Below, one piece after another: positions 52,168 through 63,116 of a stretch of 64,000 nucleotides of DNA. The DNA lies in the NCBI GenBank assembly GCA_963815195.1, contig CAWFGE010000013.1, positions 224,001 to 288,000 of the forward strand. The letters are read 5' to 3'. How positions within the stretch are numbered: position 1 is the first letter of the stretch; every line of letters begins with the position of its first letter. This DNA comes from an uncultured Planctomycetaceae bacterium (GTDB lineage Bacteria; Planctomycetota; Planctomycetia; Planctomycetales; Planctomycetaceae). Below the pieces are notes generated by a model. The model searched no databases. It was not told the origin of the DNA and worked only from the letters and a program-made list of their open reading frames with translations. The position numbers and the translations under genes are program-made.

Positions 52168-52393
52168 TTTTCAACGCAAAGGCGCAAAAGAGAAGACGCA
52201 AAGGGCCGCAAAAAAAAAGGTGGTAAAGAGATACCCGTCTGTGCGGACGATTTGATTTCGCAAAGACAAGAATGTCTGTGCCACCTTGCCATGAAAGGAA
52301 AAAGCGATCCTAAAGATTGTAAGACTTGATGATCACCTGATGAAATCTTCCTTTGCGTTCTCTGCGTCTTCCCTTTGCGCCTTTGCGTTAAAA
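52168..52393. repeat. Inverted repeat of ACGCAAAG-type units enclosing a second inverted REP pair
   Basis: Left 52168-52213 pairs with 52351-52393; inner pair GGTGGTAAAGAGATACCCGTCTGTGC (52219-52244) and GCAAAGACAAGAATGTCTGTGCCACC (52260-52285). Confidence 0.75.
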
Positions 52394-52421
52394 CCGTTTT
52401 GAAAACGAAGGACAAAGCATC

Positions 52422-53435
52422 ATGGCTAAAGCCGATCCTAATAAGCTTAAAAAAACCAAAGACATCGGGTCGCGGGACATTTTGTTTTCGGTCGTCCTGG
52501 TCGAGGGCAGCGGGCGGTTGTATGTGGCGAGTTCGGACTTCAAGGTGCACGAAATCGACACCGCCGCCGACAAGCCGGAGTTCAAAGCCTTCGAGGGCGA
52601 AGGCCATCAAAGTTACGTCACCTCGCTGGTGATGTCCGCGGGCGGGTTGGTTTCAGGCAGCTACGACGGCAAACTGATCTGGTGGAACCCCGAAGACCAT
52701 AAACCGGTCCGCAAAGTCGATGCCCACGACCGCTGGATTCGCCAACTCGCCGTCAGCCCGGACGGCAAAACCATCGCGAGCGTGGCGGACGATATGGTCT
52801 GTAAACTCTGGGAAGCCGAGACCGGGAAGGCCATCCGCAGCTTCACCGACCATAAGGAAATGACGCCGAACCATTATCCCTCGATGCTGTATGCCGTGAC
52901 CTTTTCCGCCGACGGCCATCTAATCGCCACGGGCGACAAAGTCGGACACGTCGCAATCTGGGACGCGGCCACGGGCGAAAAAGTCGGCGAAGTCGAAGCC
53001 CCCGTGCTTTACACCTGGGACCCGCGTGCCCGCCGGCATTCTATTGGCGGCATCCGCAGCCTCGCGTTTTCGCCCGACGCGAAGCAACTCGCCGTCGGCG
53101 GCATCGGCACCATTGGAAATATCGATCACTTAGGCGGACCCTCCCGCGTCGAACTCTTCGATTGGCAATCGCAAAAACGCCAGCACGAAATCGAAGACAA
53201 CAAGCTCAAAGGCCTCGTCGAGCAATTGACTTATCATCCCGAAGCCGATTGGCTCCTCGCGGTCGGCGGCGACAACGGCGGCTTTGTCACCTTCTACGAT
53301 CCCAAGACGGGCAAGTTGATCAACCAGGAAAAAGCCCCGATGCATGTCCACTCGGCCGCGTTTTCCAAAGATCTCACAACGCTCTACACCGTCGGCCACA
53401 ACAAAATCGCCATCTGGGAACTCAAAGGCGAGTGA
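52422..53435 (+). CDS. WD40-repeat protein
   Basis: GHQSYV...SGSYDGKLIWW, AHDRWI..LAVSPDGKTIASVADD..CKLWE, FSADG...AIWD. Confidence 0.92.
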   Translation: MAKADPNKLKKTKDIGSRDILFSVVLVEGSGRLYVASSDFKVHEIDTAADKPEFKAFEGEGHQSYVTSLVMSAGGLVSGSYDGKLIWWNPEDHKPVRKVDAHDRWIRQLAVSPDGKTIASVADDMVCKLWEAETGKAIRSFTDHKEMTPNHYPSMLYAVTFSADGHLIATGDKVGHVAIWDAATGEKVGEVEAPVLYTWDPRARRHSIGGIRSLAFSPDAKQLAVGGIGTIGNIDHLGGPSRVELFDWQSQKRQHEIEDNKLKGLVEQLTYHPEADWLLAVGGDNGGFVTFYDPKTGKLINQEKAPMHVHSAAFSKDLTTLYTVGHNKIAIWELKGE

Positions 53436-53716
53436 GCGGCACGGCGCTAGCCGCCGGCCTTGGAATCTCCATTGAAAAGGCCGGGGGCTAGCGCCCTTCC
53501 GCTCCATTGAAAAGGCCGGGGGCTAGCGCCCTTCCGCTCACTTGAAAAGGCCGGGGGCTAGCGCCCTTCCGCTCCATTGAAAAGGCCGGGGGCTAGCGCC
53601 CTTCCGCTCCATTGAAAAGGCCGGGGGCTAGCGCCCTTCCGCTCCATTGAAAAGGCCGGGGGCTAGCGCCCTTCCGCTCCATTGAAAAGGCCGGGGGCTA
53701 GCGCCCTTCCGCTCAC
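53432..53716. repeat. One inverted REP copy plus 7 tandem 35-bp copies (ATTGAAAAGGCCGGGGGCTAGCGCCCTTCCGCTCC)
   Basis: Units start at 53471, 53506, 53541, 53576, 53611, 53646 and 53681 with no spacers; 53432-53461 is a diverged reverse complement. Confidence 0.95.
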
Positions 53717-53764
53717 ATTTTGCGACGTCGCGCAACGTCAAATCTGGTCCTTCGGGCGATTGAT

Positions 53765-54894
53765 TTAACTCGGCCGCGTGCCGGGCATTTGGCCGGAGAT
53801 TTGATAGACGTAGGCCATGATCTCCACGAAGACTTCATACATATCCAGCGGGATCTCCTGGCCGATTTTCACCTGCTGATAGAGCGCCCGCGCCAGCGGC
53901 TTGCGTTCGATGATCGGGATGCCGTGGCTCGCCGCGATCTCGCGGATCCGCCGGGCAATCTCCCCTTGCCCCTTGGCAATGACCGTCGGAGCGCTCATCG
54001 TGTTGGGATCGAATTGGATCGCCACCGCGATGTGCGTCGGGTTGGTGATGATCACATCCGCATTGGGCACCTGGCCGAGTTCGCGGGCCTGGGCGAGTTT
54101 GCGGTGCGTGTCCCGGCGGCGCATCCGCGTGGCGGGATCGCCCTCAAAATTCTTCAGTTCATCGCGGACTTCCTGCTTCGTCATCCTGAGGTCCCGGGTG
54201 AGCTTCCACCGCTGGAACGCATAGTCGATGATCCCTAAGACGATCAACGCCGCCGCCATCTCGAATGCCAATCGAATCGCGGAACTCCACAGATAGGCCA
54301 TCAAAGGCGGGGCGATCGCCCGCTCGCGGAAGTCGTCGCCGGGATCGTCCTCCGCCGTGGTTTGCCATTCCACGTCGAGAATCGCCAACGTGTGAGGCAT
54401 CGCGCGGGACACAAACAGGACTGCGATTGCGACCACGATCGTCAACTTGCCCAGGCTCACGCCCAACCGCATCACCGATTGCACCGAGAACAGCCGCCCG
54501 AAACCGGTCAGCGGATTGATCCGGGCAAAATTCGGCTGAAGCGATTCCCAAGAGACGAGAAACCCGAACTGCATCAGGTTCAAAGCCACGCCCACCAAAA
54601 CCATCGACGCCATGATCGGCAGCACAATGGGCGCGGCGAATTCCAAGAGCGCCCTGAGTTGATGGACCGCCTCGCCGGGCTGCAATTCGATGCTCGGTTT
54701 TTCGAGACGGTGATGAAGCATCTCGGCCAGCGAGCGCGTGCTGGACATCCCGAAAAAGAGCATCACGGCCGCCGCCGCGAGCATCCCGCCCGCCGCGTTC
54801 AAATCGGAGTCTGCGCAACCTGGCCTTTCCGCCTCGCCTCCTGCCGGCGAAACTCGGTCGGCTCCTCGGTGCGATCGCCAAAATCCTCGGGCAA
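53765..54894 (-). CDS. flhB: Flagellar export protein FlhB; frameshift near 54805
   Basis: AGGAG + TTG 54894 gives DRTEEPTEFRRQEARRKGQV; RINPLTGF, MTKQEVRDE..EGDP, NPTH autocleavage site. Confidence 0.93.
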
Positions 54895-54920
54895 GCGGAC
54901 AAGCTCCTAATGCGAAACGA

Positions 54921-55918
54921 TCAATAACCCACAAGCGTCACCTTGAGCCGTTCGATCACGACGGGAATTAAATCGACAAGAAGATGCGCGGTGCCCGCCA
55001 GCGACAGCGAGAGGATGAAGATGTTGATCAACGCCCGGATGGGAAAGCCGAGGTTTAACACGTTGATTTGCGGGACCGTGTGGCTCAAAAAACCCATCGT
55101 GAGCGCCGTGAAGGACATCGCGACCAACACCGGAGCCGCGACTTGGATTCCGAGCACCAGCGACTGGTGCACGAGATTGCTGATCAGATCGGCGGCCGGT
55201 TGCGAGATCCAAGCCTCTCCGACGGGAATTGCTTGAAAGGTGTCTAACAGCGCGGAGACGACCAACAGATGCCCGGGCACCGGCGGCATCGTCAAGAACA
55301 CCATCATGCCGAACAGATAGAGCACTGCCCGCTGAGGCCCGCGTTCACGCCGAAGCCGGGGTTAAATACGCTGCTCAAGCCGATGCCCGTTTGCTGGTCG
55401 ATCAACTCCCCCGCAAGCTGGAGTCCGGAAAATACAATGGATAGTCCTAGGCCGAGAACGAATCCAAACGACAACTCCCGTGCCGCAACAACGCTCCAGC
55501 CCAAAAGCGAATGCGGCGTCTCGAAGCGATACCGCCATTCCCGGCGGGTGATCGGAAAATCCTTGGGTTTGCCTTGCTCACGATTGAGCCGCTCGAACCG
55601 GGCATGCTGCGCTTCGGGGACTTCCGCTTTCGTCAATCGGCCGTCGCGGTTTCGATCGAACTCGGCAAACGCCCGCCGGGCTTGATTGGGGAGCGCCGGC
55701 GTGACCAGAACCGCGCAGGCGATGACGATCAGGATCCGGACCTGGGCCGGCACCGCGGATTGGCCGAGGAGCGGCCCGACAAGCATCAATCCGCTGATTC
55801 GCACGAAGACGAGCGAGAACAGATAGAACTGGGCGATCGCCGCGCTTAAGAGCCCTGACTGACCGAGGGCGAGAAAATCCGGCCAGAGATTCCCGAGAGC
55901 GTGTTGTGCGGGTTCCAT
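54921..55918 (-). CDS. fliR: Flagellar export protein FliR with an inserted EF-hand-like domain; frameshift near 55322
   Basis: FVRISG..GP, AGELIDQQTG, GHLL...DTF..IP, IQVAAP, PQINVLNLGFP; lies between fliQ and flhB. Confidence 0.9.
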
Positions 55919-55963
55919 AGCTCACCCGGCGATCGCGGGCCTTTCCGGCGGGACGGCGAACAT

Positions 55964-56230
55964 TCAAAACGACGAGGGAACTTGCTGAAACAGATCTTGG
56001 GAGTATTCCACGATTTCGCTAATGACCCAAGGCAGCGTATAGAGCACGGCCAGCATCATCGCCACAATCTTCGGAACAAAACTGAGCGTCTGGTCTTGAA
56101 GCTGTGTGACAGCTTGAAACATGCTGATCACCAGCCCCACGGCGATCGCGGTCAATAGTGCCGGCGCTCCGATCAACAGCGACAGCACCAGGGCCGATCG
56201 CATCAATTCCACCGCATGGTCTGGAGACAT
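55964..56230 (-). CDS. fliQ: Flagellar export protein FliQ
   Basis: GLVISMFQAVTQLQDQTLSFVPKI. Confidence 0.95.
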   Translation of the reverse strand: MSPDHAVELMRSALVLSLLIGAPALLTAIAVGLVISMFQAVTQLQDQTLSFVPKIVAMMLAVLYTLPWVISEIVEYSQDLFQQVPSSF

Positions 56231-56269
56231 CGGCGGCGCCCCTTCGATATTCTCGTTCATTGACAATTG

Positions 56270-57205
<936 letters not shown>

Positions 57206-57240
57206 GGAAGGACCTGGCCAGCGTGGCCGATGGGAACGTG

Positions 57241-57897
57241 TTACGAGTTTGCGAACGTGTTGAGTCGGGCTTCAAGTTCCTGGCGGGCACTCGACTCGTG
57301 CGAGGCGTCGCGGTTGGCGGATGAAAACGATTGGCTCAATAACCGGCTGAAGAACGACGGGCTTTCTGAATCGGTTGGATCCTCGGCCCGGCAAAGGTTC
57401 GTGAAGGATGCGACTTCGTGTGGCTCGGTGAACTCGGTCAATGTCGAGAGATGTTCGCCCGCCGATCCGACGAGCAGAATCCTCTGCCCGACTTTCAAGG
57501 CATAGAGGGTGTGCCGATTGGGAAGCGTCGTCATGCCCAGCACCTGGCACGCGGAATCCGGGAGCGGCTTCATCGCTCCGAACGGGCCGAGATGCTTCAT
57601 GGCTTTAACGGCCCCGATAATGCCCGCGGCGATGAACGTCAAAACGCCCAGGACGCGCCACATCGAAAACGGCTGCGATTTGGAGCGCGAGGCGTCTTCG
57701 GCGGCCGCCGGTTCGCGGCGCGGGGAAATGAGTTGCCGCCGGCTGCGCGCATTGGCCGCTGCCGGTTCGCGGGGGATTTGTTTTTGAGACTCCGGTTGGC
57801 GGACGTTGGCCGGACCGCGGAGCGCATCTTGCGGAAAGGCCGATGAACACATCAAGCCGAGAAGCAGACTGAAAGAGAATCGGAGTTGGCGCATCAT
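57241..57897 (-). CDS. fliO: Flagellar biogenesis protein FliO
   Basis: Signal peptide, one TM, then [14 protein letters not shown]; lies between fliN and fliP. Confidence 0.8.
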   Translation of the reverse strand: MMRQLRFSFSLLLGLMCSSAFPQDALRGPANVRQPESQKQIPREPAAANARSRRQLISPRREPAAAEDASRSKSQPFSMWRVLGVLTFIAAGIIGAVKAMKHLGPFGAMKPLPDSACQVLGMTTLPNRHTLYALKVGQRILLVGSAGEHLSTLTEFTEPHEVASFTNLCRAEDPTDSESPSFFSRLLSQSFSSANRDASHESSARQELEARLNTFANS

Positions 57898-57929
57898 ATC
57901 CGCGGTGGTTTCTGTTTTCTGTCGGGGCG

Positions 57930-58511
57930 TTAGCCGTGGGGAGTCAAGATCTCCGCCACGCGGACGCAGAAGTTGTCGTTGAGCACGAGCACCTCGCCGC
58001 GGGCGATCAGGCGGCCGTTGACGAGAATATCCACGGGGTCGCCCGCCAGCTTGTCCAAAGGGACAACGGAGCCTTCCTTGAGTTGGACGACCTCTTCAAT
58101 CAGCAATTCCGTGCGGCCGAGTTCGATCCGTAAATCGAGCTCCACGTCTTGCAAGATGTCGAGCGGTTGCTTGGTCCGCCGTTCCGGCCGGCCGCCGTCA
58201 AACGGTTCCAAATCAAACGCCGACGGCTCCCCGAAAACCGCGGTGGGGTCGGGCATGTGGATGGATCCGGAAAGCGCCTCTTCGAGATGGGCTTCCGCGT
58301 CGTCGAGCGTCTGCTCAGGATCGGATTCCTCTTCATCGAGCGGTCGGCCGGCGGCATCGTCGTCGTCATTGCTCCCGCTTGTGTGTTGTGCTTTGGATGC
58401 AGCGGTCGGTTCTCGGGGCGGACTTTCCTCCCCAGCGTCGGAGTCGTCTTTCGGCGCGTTGAGCAAAGCGTCGATTTCGTCGGGATTGAGGTAATCCTTC
58501 TCGCCGGTCAC
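57930..58511 (-). CDS. fliN: Flagellar motor switch protein FliN
   Basis: SpoA domain LQDVELDLRIELGR...LDKLAGDPVDILVNGRLIARGEVLVLNDNFCVRV. Confidence 0.93.
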   Translation of the reverse strand: MTGEKDYLNPDEIDALLNAPKDDSDAGEESPPREPTAASKAQHTSGSNDDDDAAGRPLDEEESDPEQTLDDAEAHLEEALSGSIHMPDPTAVFGEPSAFDLEPFDGGRPERRTKQPLDILQDVELDLRIELGRTELLIEEVVQLKEGSVVPLDKLAGDPVDILVNGRLIARGEVLVLNDNFCVRVAEILTPHG

Positions 58512-58600
58512 GACTCAGCTCTCATGAAAAGAAGCGATGATAATGGTTCCACGGCCGATTGCTTCGAAACGAGCCCCGAAGAGTCACGCGTGAGAACCGG

Positions 58601-59047
58601 CTACTGTTCCATCGTGCGGAACTGGCTGATGATGATATCGTTCACGTAGCTTTTATGTAGGACCTTGTTGATCTCTTCCTTGATTTGCCGTTTGAAGACG
58701 CTCAGTTCGGGATCCTGCAGGTCTTCGAGGCTCGCGCTGCGGGCAACCTTGATCACGGCCTGATGCACGCGGGCCTGCTTGCTTTTGCCGACCAACTCGG
58801 CGAACGCGATGTCCTGGCCCTCGGCGACGGTGGCCACCAGCTTGAACCGCACATGAATCACCGAACCCGGAGCCGCCAGGCTGTTGCTCACGCTAAACGA
58901 ATCGATGGGAACCTCGACGGTGTCGGGTTCCGAGGCCTCTTCCTCGGCGTTCGGTTCGTCCCCGGTCTTCGGCCCGCTGATCATAAAATACGTGCCGCCG
59001 GCGGTGACGATCATGGTGACGAAAATGATGAGAATATACTTGACCAT
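58601..59047 (-). CDS. fliL: Flagellar basal-body-associated protein FliL
   Basis: N-terminal TM; KRQIKEEINKVL...V.DIIISQF..EQ tail; follows motB. Confidence 0.82.
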   Translation of the reverse strand: MVKYILIIFVTMIVTAGGTYFMISGPKTGDEPNAEEEASEPDTVEVPIDSFSVSNSLAAPGSVIHVRFKLVATVAEGQDIAFAELVGKSKQARVHQAVIKVARSASLEDLQDPELSVFKRQIKEEINKVLHKSYVNDIIISQFRTMEQ

Positions 59048-59182
59048 GATGGGTTATGAGGAAATCCAGATTAAAAGACGGGCGCGGAACGCGATCATCA
59101 AAACGGACCGGCGGCGGCTTGCTGTGAAAACCGTTCCACGTTTTCAGATGACGGGGATCGGGACAGGACTCGAGCGTCCCAA

Positions 59183-59927
<745 letters not shown>

Positions 59928-59928
<1 letters not shown>

Positions 59929-60707
59929 CAAGCGGCCTCTTTCTCGCCGGCGTTTCGTTCGTTGGCGGGAAGCATCGTGTTCAGTTTTTGCTCCAGCACC
60001 CGCGGGTTGTCCCCCTCCTGGATGGCTAAAAGTCCGCGGACGATGACCTCCCGAATCTCGAGCTCGCGTTTGCTATAAAACGCCAGCTTGTCGGCGAACG
60101 GGAGAAAAAACAGGTTGGAGACGATCGCCCCGTAAAGCGTGGTGATCAAGGCCACGGCCATCCCCGGGCCGATGGCTTCGGGGTCGTCCATGTTGCCGAG
60201 CATGATGATCAGCCCCATCAACGTGCCGATCATTCCAAACGCGGGAGCATACCGGCCGACGGTATCCATCAGCGATTTGCCGGTTTTATGCCGTTGGCTG
60301 ATGGCCTCCATTTCGGAACGGAGGATCGCCTCCATCAGCTCGGCATCGGTGCCGTCGACGGCCATTTGGATCCCGAGGAGGACAAACGGATCGTCGATGT
60401 CGGCCGTTTTGTTTTCCAAGGCGAGAATCCCGTCCCGCCGGGCCAGTTCGGCGAACTCGATCAGCTGCGCGATCACCGGCCCCATGTCCTTGGTGTTCGG
60501 CATAAACACTTTTTTCAGGATCTTGGGGGTCGACAGCAACGTGCGGAGCGGGAAGGCGATGCAGCACGCCGAGATCGCTCCGCCGATGACCACCGCCGCG
60601 GACGGATAATCGATGAACGAACTAAAGCTCGATCCGGGAGCGATCACAATGGAGAGCAGCAAAAGCGCCACTCCCATCGCCAAGCCTCCCACCGTTGCCT
60701 TATCCAT
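59928..60707 (-). CDS. motA: Flagellar stator protein MotA (PomA/MotP-like)
   Basis: ARRDGILALE, APAFGMIGTLMGL, GPGMAVALITTLYG, IQEGDNP. Confidence 0.95.
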
Positions 60708-60722
60708 CGAACGCCGGTTCCT

Positions 60723-60917
60723 TTAATGCATGAAGGCCGATTGAATCAAACGCCGATATTCCAGGCTCCGCCGGACGACCTCTTCCATGGATTCTTGCAC
60801 GATCACGCGATCGTTCGAGGTGAGCGTGATATAGGTGTCCGGCCGCGACTCCACGGACCGAATCAACTCGGCATTCAGCACGAAGGGATCGCCGTTGAGT
60901 CTGGTGAGCTTTATCAT
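60723..60917 (-). CDS. flbD: Flagellar FlbD-family protein
   Basis: MIKLTRLNG..FVLNAELI..VE..PDT.ITL. Confidence 0.9.
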   Translation of the reverse strand: MIKLTRLNGDPFVLNAELIRSVESRPDTYITLTSNDRVIVQESMEEVVRRSLEYRRLIQSAFMH

Positions 60918-60961
60918 GGTCTGTGTACGGTTTATATATGAATTGCGAAAGGTTGATCGAG

Positions 60962-61260
60962 AGCCGCGAAGCGGCGCTAGCAATTCACTGATCGCTTTTA
61001 TTTCCTGAACTTGCTGTCGCCGCTTCGCGGCTTATGAAATCTTGGTTCTCTCTCTGCGGGCTTACGCCCGCAGCTATCTGCTACCGCCGCTTCGCGGCTA
61101 AGCCAAGGTTCCCTTTTCGTGCAGGTTCTCGGCTAAGAATTGGCGAAAAACTCTCTCATGCTTTGTGTCTCTCAGCTTTGTGTCTCTCTGCCGGAACGCG
61201 CTAGCGTCCGGTTCCTCGGGTGCGGAAAACAAAACCGGGGGCTAGCGCCCGGCGGCTGAT
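60962..61260. repeat. Cluster of REP-like elements (family C AGCCGCGAAGCGGCG copies and a family A doublet)
   Basis: 60962-60976 is inverted to 61014-61033 and 61081-61099; 61057-61099 matches the reverse complement of 63027-63068; 61190-61260 is a doublet like 34507-34580. Confidence 0.75.
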
Positions 61261-61292
61261 GAATCTTTTGTGTTTGTAACACCACCTGTTGT

Positions 61293-62993
61293 TTATCGTC
61301 CGAGCAGGAGCAGTTCGTCGACCAACGTCTGGACCGAGCTGATCACGCGGGCGTTGCCTCGGTAGTTCGTCGATGCCAGTATCAAATCCACGAGGTTCTT
61401 TCCGATGTCGGTATTCGAAAGCTCCAAAGCGCCCGAGCGGACGGTGCCGATGCCGAAGTCTCCCGGGGCCGAAAGAAACGGCGTGCCGGAGCTGATTCCC
61501 TCGCGGAAGGTCGAAGAGCCTTCGTCGAGCAGGCCTTGGGGGTTGGTAAAGCGGGCGAGCACGAATTGTCCGAGCGGGCGCGTCACGCCGTTGTCGAAGA
61601 CCCCGGTGATCGTGCCGTTTTCCTGGGTGATAAAGCTCACGAGCGTCCCCGGGGGCGACCCGTCTTGCGAAGCCATCGTCACGTTGCTTTGGGCGTTGGT
61701 CAAGCCGGAGATATTGCTAAAGTCGGCGGTAATTTGCATGGGGCTGACGGCGGCGGTGCTGTTGCGGTCGATGGAAAACGTCTGCTGGCCGCCGCTCAGC
61801 AATTTGCCTTCTCCGTCAAAGACAATCGTCCCGTTCGAGAGGGCGATGTCTTGATCGCTGTCGTCCTGGCTGTCCAGGAGGTAGCGGAAGGTCGTTGAGT
61901 TCGCCGTATTGGATTCGAGCGTTGCCGAGAGCGTGACGGTGAGAGGTTGGCCGAGCGAGTCGTAAACGATGAAGTCTGCCGTGGTGCTCTCGCCGTTCGC
62001 GGCCTGGGACTTGGTGAAGTTGATGCCGGCCGGCTGATTGATGCCGCTATTCGAGACGAGCAGGTTATTGGAGCCGATGACCAGATCGTTGACGGTGCCG
62101 CGATTCCCGGTGATTTGGATCTGTCCGGTTCCGTCGATGGTCACGCCGGGCTGCGCGCCGGTCACGGTGTCGTTGGGGACGGTGCCCCCGGATTGGATGC
62201 CCAGCGTATTGTCGATCAGGGTGAGCAGGTCGCCGACGGAGGTCGTCCCGTTGATATCCAGAGTGTTCGCGGGCATCGTGCGGTCGCCCTTTTGTCCGTT
62301 GAACGTGATGGTCTCACCCGAAGGGAACAGCGACGTGCCCCCGGCGTCGGTGACGTTGACCAACAGCGATCCCGCCGTGGCGGGACCGGGGCCGGCCGTC
62401 GCGTCCAAAAGCGCATCGCCCACGAGCGAAGCTCCTTGCGTTCCGATTTCCCCGTTGGGATTCAAAGCCCCCTTGAAATCGACCTGTTTCGTGCTTTCGG
62501 CGACGTTCAATTCTCCGAGCGGGATTTGAAGGTCGGTCAACTGCGTGGTGACGAGGTTGAAATCCTGATCGATTCCATAGCCCTGGACGCGCAATCCCTG
62601 CGAATTGACCAAATCGTTGGAGCTGTTCAAATTGAAGTTGCCGTTGCGGGTATACAAGTCGCCGGTGTTGTCTTTGACAACGAAAAAGCCGTCGCCTTGA
62701 ATCGCAAAGTCGGAAGGGCTCGTGCTGTTGGAAATGCTGCCTTGGCTGAAGTCCCTTTCGACCGCGGCCACCATAGCGCCCAGGCCGATCTGGCGCGGGT
62801 TGGTCCCGCCGTTCGAGTCGGTCGCCCGCGAACCCACGGAGAGCGTCCGCGAAAGCTGCGACATGAATTGAACGTTCGAAGACTTAAAGCCCGTGGTGCC
62901 CGCGTTGGCGAGATTGTTGCCGAGCACGTCGATGGCTTTTTCATTGAGCGACAACCCGTTCAATGAAGTATTAAAAGCAGAGGTTAATCCCAT
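61293..62993 (-). CDS. flgE: Flagellar hook protein FlgE
   Basis: GNNLANAGTTGFK, NPRQIGLG, DFAIQGDGFF, YTRNGNF, VYDSLG, LELSNTD. Confidence 0.95.
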   Translation of the reverse strand: MGLTSAFNTSLNGLSLNEKAIDVLGNNLANAGTTGFKSSNVQFMSQLSRTLSVGSRATDSNGGTNPRQIGLGAMVAAVERDFSQGSISNSTSPSDFAIQGDGFFVVKDNTGDLYTRNGNFNLNSSNDLVNSQGLRVQGYGIDQDFNLVTTQLTDLQIPLGELNVAESTKQVDFKGALNPNGEIGTQGASLVGDALLDATAGPGPATAGSLLVNVTDAGGTSLFPSGETITFNGQKGDRTMPANTLDINGTTSVGDLLTLIDNTLGIQSGGTVPNDTVTGAQPGVTIDGTGQIQITGNRGTVNDLVIGSNNLLVSNSGINQPAGINFTKSQAANGESTTADFIVYDSLGQPLTVTLSATLESNTANSTTFRYLLDSQDDSDQDIALSNGTIVFDGEGKLLSGGQQTFSIDRNSTAAVSPMQITADFSNISGLTNAQSNVTMASQDGSPPGTLVSFITQENGTITGVFDNGVTRPLGQFVLARFTNPQGLLDEGSSTFREGISSGTPFLSAPGDFGIGTVRSGALELSNTDIGKNLVDLILASTNYRGNARVISSVQTLVDELLLLGR

Positions 62994-63026
62994 GTGTGTC
63001 CCCCTTGAGATTATTTGCGTCGATCA

Positions 63027-63115
63027 AGCCGCGAAGCGGCGGTAGCAGAGAGCTGCAGGCGTCAGCCCATCGAAACCGGAGGCTGGCGCCTATCGCTCAA
63101 GTTTTCAAACACGTT
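63027..63115. repeat. Composite REP-like element between flgD and flgE
   Basis: 63027-63068 is family C; 63076-63115 is shared with 47784-47824. Confidence 0.7.
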
Positions 63116-63116
63116 T

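Noticed and set aside
53471..53716. CRISPR array (35-bp repeat containing ATTGAAA)
   Set aside because: Units are contiguous with no spacers, there are no cas genes or leader, and the core belongs to a dispersed REP family
63038..63046. ops/JUMPStart element GGCGGTAGC
   Set aside because: It is part of a family C REP in the flagellar operon, not upstream of the polysaccharide genes
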